This document shows positions 9,006-18,822 of a stretch of DNA of 64,000 nt, piece by piece. Origin of the DNA: Acidobacteriota bacterium (lineage in GTDB: Bacteria > Acidobacteriota > UBA6911 > RPQK01 > JADFOI01); the NCBI GenBank assembly GCA_963663035.1, contig OY760074.1, positions 1,632,001-1,696,000 of the forward strand. The letters are read 5' to 3'. The position numbers were made by a program, and so were the translations under genes. Under the pieces are notes generated by a model that saw only the letters and a program-made list of their open reading frames with translations, was not told where the DNA came from and searched no databases. The number at the start of each line of letters is the position of its first letter. Position 1 is the first letter of the stretch.

Positions 9006-10478
9006 ATGAGTTATCAATACAAGGATCTGCGGTCCTTCATCAAGCGCCTTGAGAAAGAAGGAGAACTGAAGCGGATACGAGTGGAAGTTGATCCGGTCCT
9101 TGAGATTGCTGAGATTACGGACCGCGTGTCCAAAGCCATGGGACCTGCTTTGCTCTTCGAGAACCCCAAAGGATCAAACCATCCTCTTCTCATCAACGCC
9201 TTTGGATCCTACCGGCGGATGAATCTTGCCCTGGACGTTGAATCACTGGAAGAGGTAGCCGATCGCATCGAAGCACTGCTCGAGATCAACTCTCCCGAGG
9301 GAATGTTGGAGAAACTCAAAATGCTTCCCAAACTAGTCACGCTGGCCAGTTTCATTCCCAAGACCGTTCGCTCGGGAGTCTGTCAGGAAGTGGTGAAGAC
9401 TGAGGACTTTTCTCTACTGGAGTTTCCCATTCTGCAGTGCTGGCCACAGGACGCCGGCCGCTATATCACCCTGCCGCTGGTTTTCAGCAAGGATGCACAG
9501 ACGGGAAAACGCAACTGCGGCGTGTATCGAATGCAGATCTTTGACGAGACCACCACTGCCATGCACTGGCAGACTCATAAACACGGTGCCCATCATTTTC
9601 GGGAGGCCGGGCGTGTCAAGGGTGTCTCCGAACAAGAGAGACGAATTGAGGTAGCGGTGGCCATCGGAGCCGACCCAGCCGTCACCTTCTCCGGCATTGT
9701 GCCGCTACCGGAGGACATCGACGAAATGATGTTTGCCGGCTTTTTGCGCAGCAAACCGGTGGAGATGGTCCGCTGCAAAACCGTTGAACTGGAGGTTCCG
9801 GCCAATGCGGAGATTATCCTGGAAGGCTATGTCGAACTGGACGAACTCAGAGTGGAGGGCCCTTTCGGTGATCACACGGGCTTTTACTCTCTGGCCGAGA
9901 ACTACCCCGTCTTTCATGTCCAGTGTGTGACCCACCGGAAGAATCCCATCTACCAGACGATCATCGTAGGGCAGCCGCCCCAGGAAGACTGTTACATGGG
10001 CCATGCAGTGGAACGCATCTTTCTCCCTCTAATCCGCAAACAGCTGCCTGAAATCGTCGACATGCACATGCCCTTTGAGGGCATCTTTCACAACCTTCTC
10101 CTGGTCACGATTCGCAAGCGCTATGCCGGTCATGCGCGAAAGATCATGAGCGCCATCTGGGGACTGGGCCAAGCCATGTTCTCCAAATGCATCATCGTAT
10201 TGGATGAGGGAACCGATCTGAACAGTTACGGTGAGGTGCTGGGCAAGACACTGAATCACATCGACCCGGAACGCGACATCCAGTTCGTATTGGGTCCGGT
10301 GGATTCTCTGGACCATGCCTCCCGGCTTCCAAATTTCGGATCAAAGATGGGGATCGATGCCACTCGCAAGTGGCCTGAGGAAGGATTTCAGCGAGAATGG
10401 CCCGATGAAATCCTCATGTCCGAAGAAATCAAGGACCGGGTTGATGAACTCTGGTCCCAGCTGAAAATCAAACTCTAG
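9006..10478 (+). CDS. Menaquinone biosynthesis decarboxylase (UbiD family, MqnL/SCO4490-like)
   Basis: CWPQDAGRYITLP, MHWQTHKHG, EGPFGDHTGFY and GSKMGIDATRKWPEEG motifs; start placed at ATG 9006. Confidence 0.88.
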   Translation: MSYQYKDLRSFIKRLEKEGELKRIRVEVDPVLEIAEITDRVSKAMGPALLFENPKGSNHPLLINAFGSYRRMNLALDVESLEEVADRIEALLEINSPEGMLEKLKMLPKLVTLASFIPKTVRSGVCQEVVKTEDFSLLEFPILQCWPQDAGRYITLPLVFSKDAQTGKRNCGVYRMQIFDETTTAMHWQTHKHGAHHFREAGRVKGVSEQERRIEVAVAIGADPAVTFSGIVPLPEDIDEMMFAGFLRSKPVEMVRCKTVELEVPANAEIILEGYVELDELRVEGPFGDHTGFYSLAENYPVFHVQCVTHRKNPIYQTIIVGQPPQEDCYMGHAVERIFLPLIRKQLPEIVDMHMPFEGIFHNLLLVTIRKRYAGHARKIMSAIWGLGQAMFSKCIIVLDEGTDLNSYGEVLGKTLNHIDPERDIQFVLGPVDSLDHASRLPNFGSKMGIDATRKWPEEGFQREWPDEILMSEEIKDRVDELWSQLKIKL

Positions 10479-10496
10479 ACTGACCGAAGACCGACT

Positions 10497-11855
10497 TTAA
10501 TCAGAAATTCCCCGACTCTGGAGGCGCCGCATGGCAAGATTGGCGGCAGCCACCAATTCTGGATCTGGTCCTGCCATCATTTCCTCAATGATGGGGACGG
10601 CCGACGGATCGCCGCGCTGGCCTATGATCTCGAGCAATCGGATCCTGATTTTCTGTTTCTCACTTCGCAAATAGGGATAGAGTTCCTGGATCTCCTGGGA
10701 ATCGAGTTCAAGAAGATAGTAATAGGCCTGATCTTGATCCAGTCTGCCCACCAGATCAATCAAGTGGTCCTCGCGCCCAAGCTGATAAAGGGCAAAACTC
10801 ATCGCCAATTTCACCTTGCTGGAATCTTCCTGAAGATATCTCCGCCCCACCTCGGTGAGGTAACTGGACTCGCCTGTGCGGCCCAAGCCCTCCGCTGCAT
10901 GAAGACGATAGAAATCTCGAGAATCCTGAAGAGCTTCCAGAAACAAGTTTTGGCAGCTGGGATCGCCCATGTAAGCAAGGGCTTCCAGCAGTTTCTTCTG
11001 CAGATCATCAGAGCCACTGACCGGCACGATCCCCAGAATCTTCTGCCTCTCTTCAACCCCTGACAGGTAGAGTTCTTTGAGCAGGGGAACAGCCTCGGTG
11101 ACACGCAGCTGACCCAACGTGTAGATGGCTTCATCGTGCACCTTCTTGTCAGTATCACGAACCAAGGGAATGATGGCTGGACCGGCAGACGGGTCGCCAA
11201 TCTTGTAAAGAGTCCGAATGAGTTCCACCTTGACCCCGTCGCTTGTCTCTACTGACAGGGCCTGTTGAATGGTCGGTAACGCCGAATGGGCGCGGAGAAT
11301 GCCGAGGGCAACTGCCGCGTCCTTTCGAATCCCAGTGTCCGCGGCGAAAAGCAACTCTGCCAAGACATCCTTAACGTCCTGGCTGACCGGAACGAAGGGT
11401 TCGACCATGAGGGGGTTATAGTCATCCCTGAAGGGATTGAGGACATCTGCGACTTTCTGGAGCCCCTGGGTAAAACCACCTTCTTCAACGACGTACATGT
11501 TGATGACCCCTTCAATGGCCTTTTTCTGGATCTGTTTTTCGGAGTCATGAGTCAAGCGGGTATAGGCCTGTAAGGCGCGTGTGTCGTTGATGCGCACCAG
11601 GGCTCTCACGGCCTCCAAACGAATGGACCCATCGGTGTCCCCCGTCAATTGGATGAGGCCATGTACGGCCTCGCGGACCTTGTTCTGCCCTAATACAATG
11701 GCAGCCTGCTTCCGCCGGTCGCCCTCGGGGTGCTTCAAGTCATAGATAAGCCCTTCAACGCTCACTTCCCGAGTCTGCTGTGCAGATAGGGGCAGCAATG
11801 CAGAAGCTGTCAGCCAGACAACCAGGAAACAAAAGAACTTTTTGGAGATCGCCAT
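10497..11855 (-). CDS. Secreted HEAT/PBS-lyase repeat protein
   Basis: Signal peptide followed by repeated helical units of the VRxxAaxALG type. Confidence 0.85.
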   Translation of the reverse strand: MAISKKFFCFLVVWLTASALLPLSAQQTREVSVEGLIYDLKHPEGDRRKQAAIVLGQNKVREAVHGLIQLTGDTDGSIRLEAVRALVRINDTRALQAYTRLTHDSEKQIQKKAIEGVINMYVVEEGGFTQGLQKVADVLNPFRDDYNPLMVEPFVPVSQDVKDVLAELLFAADTGIRKDAAVALGILRAHSALPTIQQALSVETSDGVKVELIRTLYKIGDPSAGPAIIPLVRDTDKKVHDEAIYTLGQLRVTEAVPLLKELYLSGVEERQKILGIVPVSGSDDLQKKLLEALAYMGDPSCQNLFLEALQDSRDFYRLHAAEGLGRTGESSYLTEVGRRYLQEDSSKVKLAMSFALYQLGREDHLIDLVGRLDQDQAYYYLLELDSQEIQELYPYLRSEKQKIRIRLLEIIGQRGDPSAVPIIEEMMAGPDPELVAAANLAMRRLQSRGISD

Positions 11856-11948
11856 TGAATGTACTCCTTCCCTTAGCCACTCAGATTAGCACATCTGTCT
11901 GACCACCACAGTTGTTCTTTCAGGGAAGTTAAGTACTCACTTTCATAC

Positions 11949-12188
11949 ATACGGTAATGTTTGTTGGGAGCGCGACGGAGCCCAGATCGAGACGCGACGA
12001 CGAGGCGATGTCAGGGACATCGGCGAGGAGAAGCAACAAAGAGATGGGCCCGTCCCGCCCCAACCCTTAGGGCGGATGGGGGTTGCGGGCGATCTCTTTG
12101 TCTCTCGTCGTCGCCGATGTCCCTGACATCGCCTCCTCCTCCCTTCGCGACCTCGCCTCGCAAGCCCCATCCGCAAACGTCACCGTAT
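11949..12188. mobile_element. Palindromic MITE/REP-like element, copy 1 (240 bp)
   Basis: Termini atacggtaatgtttg / caaacgtcaccgtat (13/15 IR); largely self-complementary; homologous to 14819-15059. Confidence 0.75.
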
Positions 12189-12214
12189 TTATGAAAGGGA
12201 GTACCAAGGGCCTG

Positions 12215-12901
12215 TCAGGAAGGTCCAGCAGGACCGGCGGGCCCACCCTGAAGCTGGACAGTAAAGGGTCGGGGAGGAGGTGGCACAATCAGCTCGCGCC
12301 AGAGTTCGTCCAGGTCCTTTTCGAAGAGGGTTTGGGCGTCGGCACGAACCAGGTACCAAGCGCCCTGGGCGATCTCAGCTGCAAGCTGACCCGACGACCA
12401 GCCGGCGTGACCCAGGTAGACGCGCAGCTCATTTGTGCCTTTTGCCTGCTGAAGAAGCTCCTCCAGCAGCTCTCTGTCACCACTGAAATAGACATCTTCC
12501 AGCACATAAGTTCCTCGGTCGGGTGGCTCGACACTCCGAGTCAAAAGAAGTAGCCCGTCCAGTCCGACGGGGCCGCCGGAAAACAACAGATTCGACTCCT
12601 GGCCGGAACTGTTCAGGTCGGGAAAGAGATCAGAAACCGGCATCTTCGTGGCTCGGTTGATAATGAGCCCCATCGTCCCTTCTACTCCGTGGGCCAGCAG
12701 CAAGACCACGGTGTAGCGAAACTGTGGATCCTGCATGTCGGAGCTGGCCACCAGGAAAACGCCCTTTTCAGGAACAATGGGTTCCTGCACCAGGTGCCCA
12801 CTCTCCTTGGGAAGGGAGGGCATGCCCCAGCTGCCCGAAGCTGCTGCCAGCAGCAGGAGGGCAAGTCCCAGGACCAGAAGAGACGGATGCTCACGGAACA
12901 C
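12215..12901 (-). CDS. YqgE/AlgH family protein with an N-terminal signal peptide
   Basis: LVASSDMQDPQF, GLIINR, GGPV and LGHAGWSSGQLAAEI motifs. Confidence 0.88.
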   Translation of the reverse strand: MFREHPSLLVLGLALLLLAAASGSWGMPSLPKESGHLVQEPIVPEKGVFLVASSDMQDPQFRYTVVLLLAHGVEGTMGLIINRATKMPVSDLFPDLNSSGQESNLLFSGGPVGLDGLLLLTRSVEPPDRGTYVLEDVYFSGDRELLEELLQQAKGTNELRVYLGHAGWSSGQLAAEIAQGAWYLVRADAQTLFEKDLDELWRELIVPPPPRPFTVQLQGGPAGPAGPS

Positions 12902-12972
12902 AGCTTGATCTCCTATTTCCTGTTTAGATCCTAAAGCTTTAGCGGGGTAAAAGGCAAGATCTGAGGAGGGGC

Positions 12973-13470
12973 TTAAGCCCCTGCTTTGGCAGCACTCAGC
13001 CTGATCAGGAATTTGCGGAGTCGTTTTCTCTGATCTCCCGCGACTCGCGAGAAGCTGAGACTGGCGGAGAGGGTCTGGGCTGCGCGGACGACTGCCGTGT
13101 CCACACGAATTGCGGGGTGTTCTCCCGGCAACTGCAGGTTGAGTTGCAAGGAGCTCTTTTCGGTCAACTCCAGGTCGCTCTTCAGGCGACAGCCGCCCAG
13201 AGCGAGATTGGTCACGACACCTTCTCCGGGAAGGTCATCCCATGAAAAGCTGACGGGCAATTTGGTCTGAAAGCGCCTGAACTGGCGACGATTAGTCTGC
13301 CTGAGGACGTAGCGGGTCCCCCATCTGATGGCTCTGAAACGCTGCCAGCAAGCCCTGCAGCGGTAGGGATAGATGTACAAAAGGCTCAACAGATAATCAC
13401 CTGCCCCTCCTCGACTGATGCGAATCGCCCCGGTTTGTTCGCACATCGGACACTGAGCAGACATCATCAC
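12973..13470 (-). CDS. PilZ domain protein with an N-terminal Zn-ribbon
   Basis: CPMC...YRCRAC, then RRQFRRF and NLALGGC (PilZ RxxxR and NxSxGG-like motifs). Confidence 0.8.
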   Translation of the reverse strand: MMMSAQCPMCEQTGAIRISRGGAGDYLLSLLYIYPYRCRACWQRFRAIRWGTRYVLRQTNRRQFRRFQTKLPVSFSWDDLPGEGVVTNLALGGCRLKSDLELTEKSSLQLNLQLPGEHPAIRVDTAVVRAAQTLSASLSFSRVAGDQRKRLRKFLIRLSAAKAGA

Positions 13471-13518
13471 CTCAACTGACTAGGACGCATTATGAATAAT
13501 CCTGGCTAAGCCCAGGAA

Positions 13519-13534
13519 AGCACATCCTGTGCCA
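13519..13534 (-). promoter_or_regulatory. Putative sigma-54 promoter for the PilZ gene
   Basis: TGGCAC-AGGAT-GTGCT on the minus strand, about 50 bp upstream of the start. Confidence 0.5.
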
Positions 13535-13775
13535 ACTTTTTCAGAAGAATGGAGAACACGATATGAACTGCCGAAAGTCATTGACTGGTAGTCATTTGTG
13601 CGGATTCCGCTGGCACAAGAGCTGGCAGTAGGTGTTAAGATTTATGTTAACGATAGTTTACAAACTCATAGGAACTCGCCTCCGAAAAGACCATTTCGGG
13701 GGAACAGGAGCTATTTCTTTCCAAAAACTCTCTAGAGAGTCTATAATCGGCAAAGATTCTCTTTTATTGTAGGAG

Positions 13776-14420
13776 GTGTTCACCATGATCCAGCCTGCAT
13801 CCAAGCAAACGAGTTTACTTTTTATCTTCTGGGCAGCGGTGATCTGTGCCCTTTTCCCGACATCTCTTTTTGCCCACGTGGCCATTTTTCCACAGACGAC
13901 TGAGGCAGGGGCCCGCCACCAGAACTTTTACATCCGGGCGCCGGTTGAGAAAGACATTCCGGTGGTAGAGATGGGCTTTGAAGTGGATGAACGATGGCTT
14001 GAAAACCGGGGAAGTTTTGATTTCCAGCAGGTAGCGGATTGGGACCTGCACGTGGAGTTAGACCAAGACGAAAGGGTCCAGAAGGCATGGTGGACGGCAA
14101 AAGAAGAGGGAGCCCTGCCCGGGACTTTCCAGTTGATTTTCATGCGGGCCAATGTTCCTAGGACGCCTGGAGTCTATCAGTTCGTTGCTTGGCAAAAGTA
14201 CTCAGATGGAAGCGTGGTGTGGTGGAACGAAGTGCGAGGAGAAGAGGGCGTCACTTCCCCTTACGCTGAGGTGACGGTGGAGGCAGAACCCCTCTTTGGA
14301 GCTGGACCCCTCCAGTTAAGCGCGGCGGCTTTTGCCTTTCTGGCCTTGGCAGTTGCTCTCTATTCTTTGGTAAAGGTAAGAAAGCTGCTGGCTGCAGAAA
14401 ATTCAAAAGCGGATTCGTAG
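13776..14420 (+). CDS. DUF1775/YcnI-like membrane-anchored (copper-binding) protein
   Basis: Signal peptide ending A-HVAIFP, RAPVE, QKYSDGSVVWW and a C-terminal TM helix. Confidence 0.7.
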   Translation: MFTMIQPASKQTSLLFIFWAAVICALFPTSLFAHVAIFPQTTEAGARHQNFYIRAPVEKDIPVVEMGFEVDERWLENRGSFDFQQVADWDLHVELDQDERVQKAWWTAKEEGALPGTFQLIFMRANVPRTPGVYQFVAWQKYSDGSVVWWNEVRGEEGVTSPYAEVTVEAEPLFGAGPLQLSAAAFAFLALAVALYSLVKVRKLLAAENSKADS

Positions 14421-14445
14421 CACGCGCACACGGTCATTTTTGTCT

Positions 14446-14778
14446 TCAGGTGTCTAGCAGGGGTACCAGTTGCTCCCGAACCTGTTCGGTCGAGTCCTGG
14501 AACTGTATGCCAATGGAGCCGACCTCTCCCTGTTCTACGGACTCCTTGACCGTGCGAATGACTCTGGAGGTCAGCTCTCCCCTCAAGAGGATTTGTTTTT
14601 TCTCAACCTGAAAAGTCAGAACAACCAGGGCGTGCTCGGGAGGGACAGCACTCAGCCGGACAATGAACGCTCCACCCAGGGAGAGATTAGCGATTTCTCC
14701 CCTGATGATATGGCCGTGCCAGTACACCGTGCAGGGAATGGATACTTCATGACGTGGAGAACCGCGCCGCTCTTTCAT
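14446..14778 (-). CDS. PilZ domain protein
   Basis: ERRGSPR and NLSLGGAF motifs; IGIQF strand. Confidence 0.85.
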   Translation of the reverse strand: MKERRGSPRHEVSIPCTVYWHGHIIRGEIANLSLGGAFIVRLSAVPPEHALVVLTFQVEKKQILLRGELTSRVIRTVKESVEQGEVGSIGIQFQDSTEQVREQLVPLLDT

Positions 14779-14818
14779 CTTCCTTCGTGAATGCGAACTT
14801 TAGTGTCTCGTCCCACGA

Positions 14819-15059
14819 ATACCCTGACGTTTGTGGCGAGCGCGACGGCGCCGAGTTCGCGAAGCGACGACGACGCGATATCTGTGTGTATCACGGAGGA
14901 GGAGCGACAAAGAAATTGATGCCGTCCCGCCGCCACCCTTCGGGCTGATGGAGGTTGCGGGCGATCTCTGCGTCGCTCGTCGTCGCCGATGTCCCTACAT
15001 CACCTGCTCCTCGCTCCTTGATCTTCCCTCCCAAGCCCCATCAGCAAACATCTGGGTAT
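14819..15059. mobile_element. Palindromic MITE/REP-like element, copy 2 (241 bp)
   Basis: Termini ataccctgacgtttg / caaacatctgggtat (13/15 IR); shares internal blocks such as gttgcgggcgatctct with copy 1. Confidence 0.75.
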
Positions 15060-15195
15060 ACATGGGACGGGACACTTGCCCATATTATAGCGAAACAGCT
15101 GACATGATCGAGCGGGGCGGCATGGGTGGTGTGCCCCTTCCTGAGAGCGCCCTCACCCCAGCGGCGCAGGGTATCCTGATACCCTGTAGCCTGCT

Positions 15196-15912
15196 ATGGC
15201 ACTTGTTGAACGGCAATGTTGGAACCCCCCACGGGCCCTCCTGACTCAAGGCAGATTCCTTTGGATCATTGCTGTCGTCCTGCCGGTGGCCCTGGCAGGT
15301 TGCGGTCGTTCTCCTCAACAACTCCCCGACATCCCTCCCACGGTCGAGATCAGCACCTCGGAGAGTCCAAGTGTGTACCACATCGTACAGCCCGGGCAGA
15401 CTCTGTGGTCGATCTCCCAAAGCTACGGCGTGACGGTGGAAGAAGTGGCCCGTCTGAACGACATCAAGGACCCGAACAAATTGTTGGTCAACCGGAGGCT
15501 TCTCGTCCCGGGAACTGGGGCCTCTGGATGGGACTGGCCCGTTCCAGGCGGCGAGATTCTGGCCCCCTTCGGGGAACGCCGCAGCGACCATCGCCACACC
15601 GGGTTGGACATTCGCGGCCAGGACGGCCAATCCGTGCTGGCAGTGCGCTCCGGTCGTGTGCTATACAGTTCCACAATGCGGGATTACGGAAGGACGATCA
15701 TCGTCGATCACGGTGACGGCTTGAGTTCCCTTTACGCCCACAACTCGAAACTGCTGGTCAATGTAGGCCAGCGGGTGCGGCGCGGCCAGCCTATTGCTCG
15801 TATTGGGCGAACGGGCAACGCCACCACCGAGCACTGCCACCTTGAAATCCGCAGGGGTGAGACCCCGGTCGACCCCCTCCTCTACCTACGGCCGGTGAGA
15901 CTCTACCCTTAA
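15196..15912 (+). CDS. LysM + M23 peptidase lipoprotein (NlpD-like)
   Basis: Lipobox LAGC, LysM (HIVQPGQTLWSI), HTGLD, YAHN and HCHLEIR motifs; true start probably slightly downstream. Confidence 0.9.
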   Translation: MALVERQCWNPPRALLTQGRFLWIIAVVLPVALAGCGRSPQQLPDIPPTVEISTSESPSVYHIVQPGQTLWSISQSYGVTVEEVARLNDIKDPNKLLVNRRLLVPGTGASGWDWPVPGGEILAPFGERRSDHRHTGLDIRGQDGQSVLAVRSGRVLYSSTMRDYGRTIIVDHGDGLSSLYAHNSKLLVNVGQRVRRGQPIARIGRTGNATTEHCHLEIRRGETPVDPLLYLRPVRLYP

Positions 15913-16013
15913 GATCATGAACAACGGTCCACCTCAACCAAAGCCCCCTGCGCCACCTCCTCCAATCCCTCGACCACCGAGTCCTCCCCCCTTTCGTTCC
16001 AGCAGCCACTGCC

Positions 16014-16322
16014 TTACTGATTGAGCACGACGACCCCTAACCAAAGGACAGCTCCCACCACGGGAATCCATAGAGCCCAAGCTAACAACAACAGGCAACG
16101 CTTGACTGCATAAGCCCCGCCAACGAGTGCGAAGGGGAGAAAGAGACCGGCAGGCGCGACCCAACTCTCAGCACCGCTGAGGTAGTAGCCAAAGGGAGCC
16201 GCCACCAGAGCCGACACCACGAGCAGCACAGGCCTTCTCAAGACAATCCCAGCTGCAGCCACCAGCACGGCCATCACAACTGCAGGCCAGCCGAAAACCA
16301 CTGCTGGCCACCACTCAGGCAT
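16014..16322 (-). CDS. Small hypothetical membrane protein
   Basis: Four hydrophobic segments; RBS ggaggag before the ATG. Confidence 0.65.
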   Translation of the reverse strand: MPEWWPAVVFGWPAVVMAVLVAAAGIVLRRPVLLVVSALVAAPFGYYLSGAESWVAPAGLFLPFALVGGAYAVKRCLLLLAWALWIPVVGAVLWLGVVVLNQ

Positions 16323-16514
16323 TCACTCCTCCTCTCCAGACCGATCGTCGCATAGGCTTGAGGATAGCGTGACGATCTGTCATCAGGCAACGCATGAGGT
16401 CAATAGGTTTGTAGTGGCCGCCCTGTACCGGCCGCGGTGCTCTTGAGCCCCGAAGGGGCGACAGGAGGTTTCTCGTGGAAATCACAGACCTCCGCGATAA
16501 GCTAGAGCGTCCCC

Positions 16515-17315
16515 ATGAAGCTGAAGGAACTTTCCATCATCCAGTATCAGAACGTGAGCACTACCCCCCAGCTTCACAAGCTGTGGCTTTCCCTTGGTTC
16601 TTTCAGAGAGCAGATTGAGCATCTGGCAGCCAATGACTTCCAACTCCTGTCCATAGATGATGCCCTCAATACCATGGAGGGGAAAAAGAACATCACCAAT
16701 GGACGTCCCCTCTGCCTTACCTTCGACAACGGCTATCAGGACTTCCAGGAGCACATCCTGCCCCTCCTCACCCAATATGACTTCCCAGCGACGGTGCTTA
16801 TTGCCCCTAACCGTGTAGATGGATCCGTTGAGCTCGAGACGGAAAGCGTGCCCTATCTCTCCTGGAGTACCCTCCGGGAAATGCTCAAGAGCAATATCAC
16901 CTTCGGCGCCTATGAAGATCACAGCTTGGACCTGAACGATGTTCCCCAGGATCTAGTGCAGGAACACATTGTTGATTACAAAAAGATGCTGGAAGATAAG
17001 TTGGGAACAGAAATCCGCTATTTTGGAGTGAAGGAAGGGGTCCCCAGCAGGAAGATTCGTGATCTATTGGTCTCCCAGGGCTACCGGGCCTTTCTCACTC
17101 AGTGCCCCACAAACCGAAGACCGAATCTCTATTCAGTGGGAAGAATTCAGGTGGATGATGACGACTTTAATATCTTCCTGACCAAGATATCCAAGACCTA
17201 CCTCCTTTTTAAGGACAAGAAGAGCTGGAGATACATTCGAAAATACGGCCTGGACAAGGTTGCCCACAGATTGTCAGAGACCTACGACCGCTTGAGAGGG
17301 AAAAGCCCTCCCTAA
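16515..17315 (+). CDS. Polysaccharide deacetylase family protein (divergent)
   Basis: LTFDNGYQD and FPATVLI motifs; the usual HxxxH appears as YEDHSLD. Confidence 0.75.
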   Translation: MKLKELSIIQYQNVSTTPQLHKLWLSLGSFREQIEHLAANDFQLLSIDDALNTMEGKKNITNGRPLCLTFDNGYQDFQEHILPLLTQYDFPATVLIAPNRVDGSVELETESVPYLSWSTLREMLKSNITFGAYEDHSLDLNDVPQDLVQEHIVDYKKMLEDKLGTEIRYFGVKEGVPSRKIRDLLVSQGYRAFLTQCPTNRRPNLYSVGRIQVDDDDFNIFLTKISKTYLLFKDKKSWRYIRKYGLDKVAHRLSETYDRLRGKSPP

Positions 17316-17357
17316 AACCCGCAGTTAGCGCAAAGAACCCCTCAGCCTCACAGGAGG

Positions 17358-17645
17358 CTACTGGATCGTCTGGCTTCCTTCGTCTCCCCAGGCAGTTCTG
17401 ATGGCTTTGGCCAGCTCCTCGCACTTCTGAGCGAGTTGAGGGGTATTGGCATTGACATCCGACCCGTTGCCTAGCTTCTGATAGAGGTCAAATGAGGTCT
17501 TGGCCAGCTCTGCAACTTTTTCTCGAAGTTCCCGATCACGTTCTTGAGTTTCCGTGATCTTTTCCACCTCTTGCAGGATAGCTTTTGCCAAGAGCGATCT
17601 TGACTGGGTTGTGTGGTCTGTTTTTCGATTGGCGTTACGTCCCAT
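17358..17645 (-). CDS. Hypothetical helical protein
   Basis: 95-aa amphipathic ORF with a sigma-54-like motif immediately upstream. Confidence 0.5.
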   Translation of the reverse strand: MGRNANRKTDHTTQSRSLLAKAILQEVEKITETQERDRELREKVAELAKTSFDLYQKLGNGSDVNANTPQLAQKCEELAKAIRTAWGDEGSQTIQ

Positions 17646-17656
17646 GCCCTGCTAGT

Positions 17657-17672
17657 TGCAAGTTCTGTGCCA
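17657..17672 (-). promoter_or_regulatory. Putative sigma-54 promoter
   Basis: TGGCAC-AGAAC-TTGCA matches the -24/-12 consensus. Confidence 0.5.
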
Positions 17673-18008
17673 CAGGTGGCCAGGGTAAGCTTCATCTTGT
17701 TGATCCGACTGGAGTTAGTGGATCTCCAGCGGACTTCAAGAATTTGATTGGGAGCTGGTAAAACCTGGATTTTGACAAGAAATGTCAGGGCATTACCAGT
17801 TTTCGTCAACGAAAGACCTGGGCAAACTCCTTCTATTCGTTCTCTGGAGAAAAACCCCAAGACAGATGCTTTGACAAAAAATTACAAAGTTTTAGTGGGC
17901 GTTTTCTTTTCGCATGTAGTATGGTCTTAAACAGATGCGGTTCTCGTAGGATTCTATCCGACCATTTCCCTCAATGTGTGAGCGGGAACCGCATTCTACC
18001 CTCTCTCG

Positions 18009-18647
18009 TTACTCATTACTCCAGTCAAAGGCATTGAACTGGGCGTAACAATTCTCATGTTGAAACTCCAGATGACCTCCAGCACTGACATTGAAGGAAA
18101 CGGTGTTGCCCATCTCGGCCTCTTCATATTCAAAGCCATTGGGAAGCACAATGCGTGCCCGGTGCTCCTCGCCCGATACCGGGTTTTTAATGGGTTCGGA
18201 GCGGCTCTCGCCAAAGTCCGGAATGCTGAGAAGAGCCCGTCGCTGCTGACGGTCAATTGCAAGCGTAATGGGTGCGAACGTGGGATCGAGGCGGTTGGGA
18301 CACACAGCAGCAGTGATCTCGAAATAGGCACCCCCCTGCTGACCGGTGTCAAGGGCCTCCAACGCCTCCCGCTGCTCCGCCGTGGCTCCCTCATCAATGA
18401 TCATTAGCATGGTGCCGTTGCCCTCGTGGATCGCTGCCGGCCAATGAAACAAGCGTGCGAATTTCACACCCACCATCTGCGTGTCGCCATAGAATCCCTC
18501 CTCGATCTGCCAGCCGACTATAGCCTCACAATTGCCAGTGGTTGGCAAAGCATTGAACTGACAGGGGCATCCCCATGCGCAGTTGCAGTTGGCGATCTCT
18601 TCTCCGCTGATACGCCATTTTGTGTTGGTCGATTCGTTCATAGCCAC
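18009..18647 (-). CDS. DUF1326 domain protein
   Basis: W.I.GE..NCNCAWGCPCQF...C; WP.AIHEGNG; IIDE.AT.EQR.AL. Confidence 0.88.
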   Translation of the reverse strand: MAMNESTNTKWRISGEEIANCNCAWGCPCQFNALPTTGNCEAIVGWQIEEGFYGDTQMVGVKFARLFHWPAAIHEGNGTMLMIIDEGATAEQREALEALDTGQQGGAYFEITAAVCPNRLDPTFAPITLAIDRQQRRALLSIPDFGESRSEPIKNPVSGEEHRARIVLPNGFEYEEAEMGNTVSFNVSAGGHLEFQHENCYAQFNAFDWSNE

Positions 18648-18822
18648 ACTACTCCTTTTGTTAGTTATCGGTGGGCGCCAACAGTATGGTGAGTCTCTCC
18701 CGCTCAGATGTTACGCCCGGAAGGGCCTGGAAGACAATACCTATGCGCCACAAGATGAACAGGTTTTACCCTTGCTCCTCCCCCCTTTAAACCACTACCA
18801 TCTAAGGCTGCCAGGATTTTAA

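Noticed and set aside
11943-12194. Short Arg-rich ORFs here and at 14754-15244 and 7832-8107
   Set aside because: They are translations of palindromic MITE sequence
13610-13655. Plus-strand sigma-54 site and XerD-like ttatgttaac
   Set aside because: The -12 element is misplaced and there is no XerC arm at the right spacing
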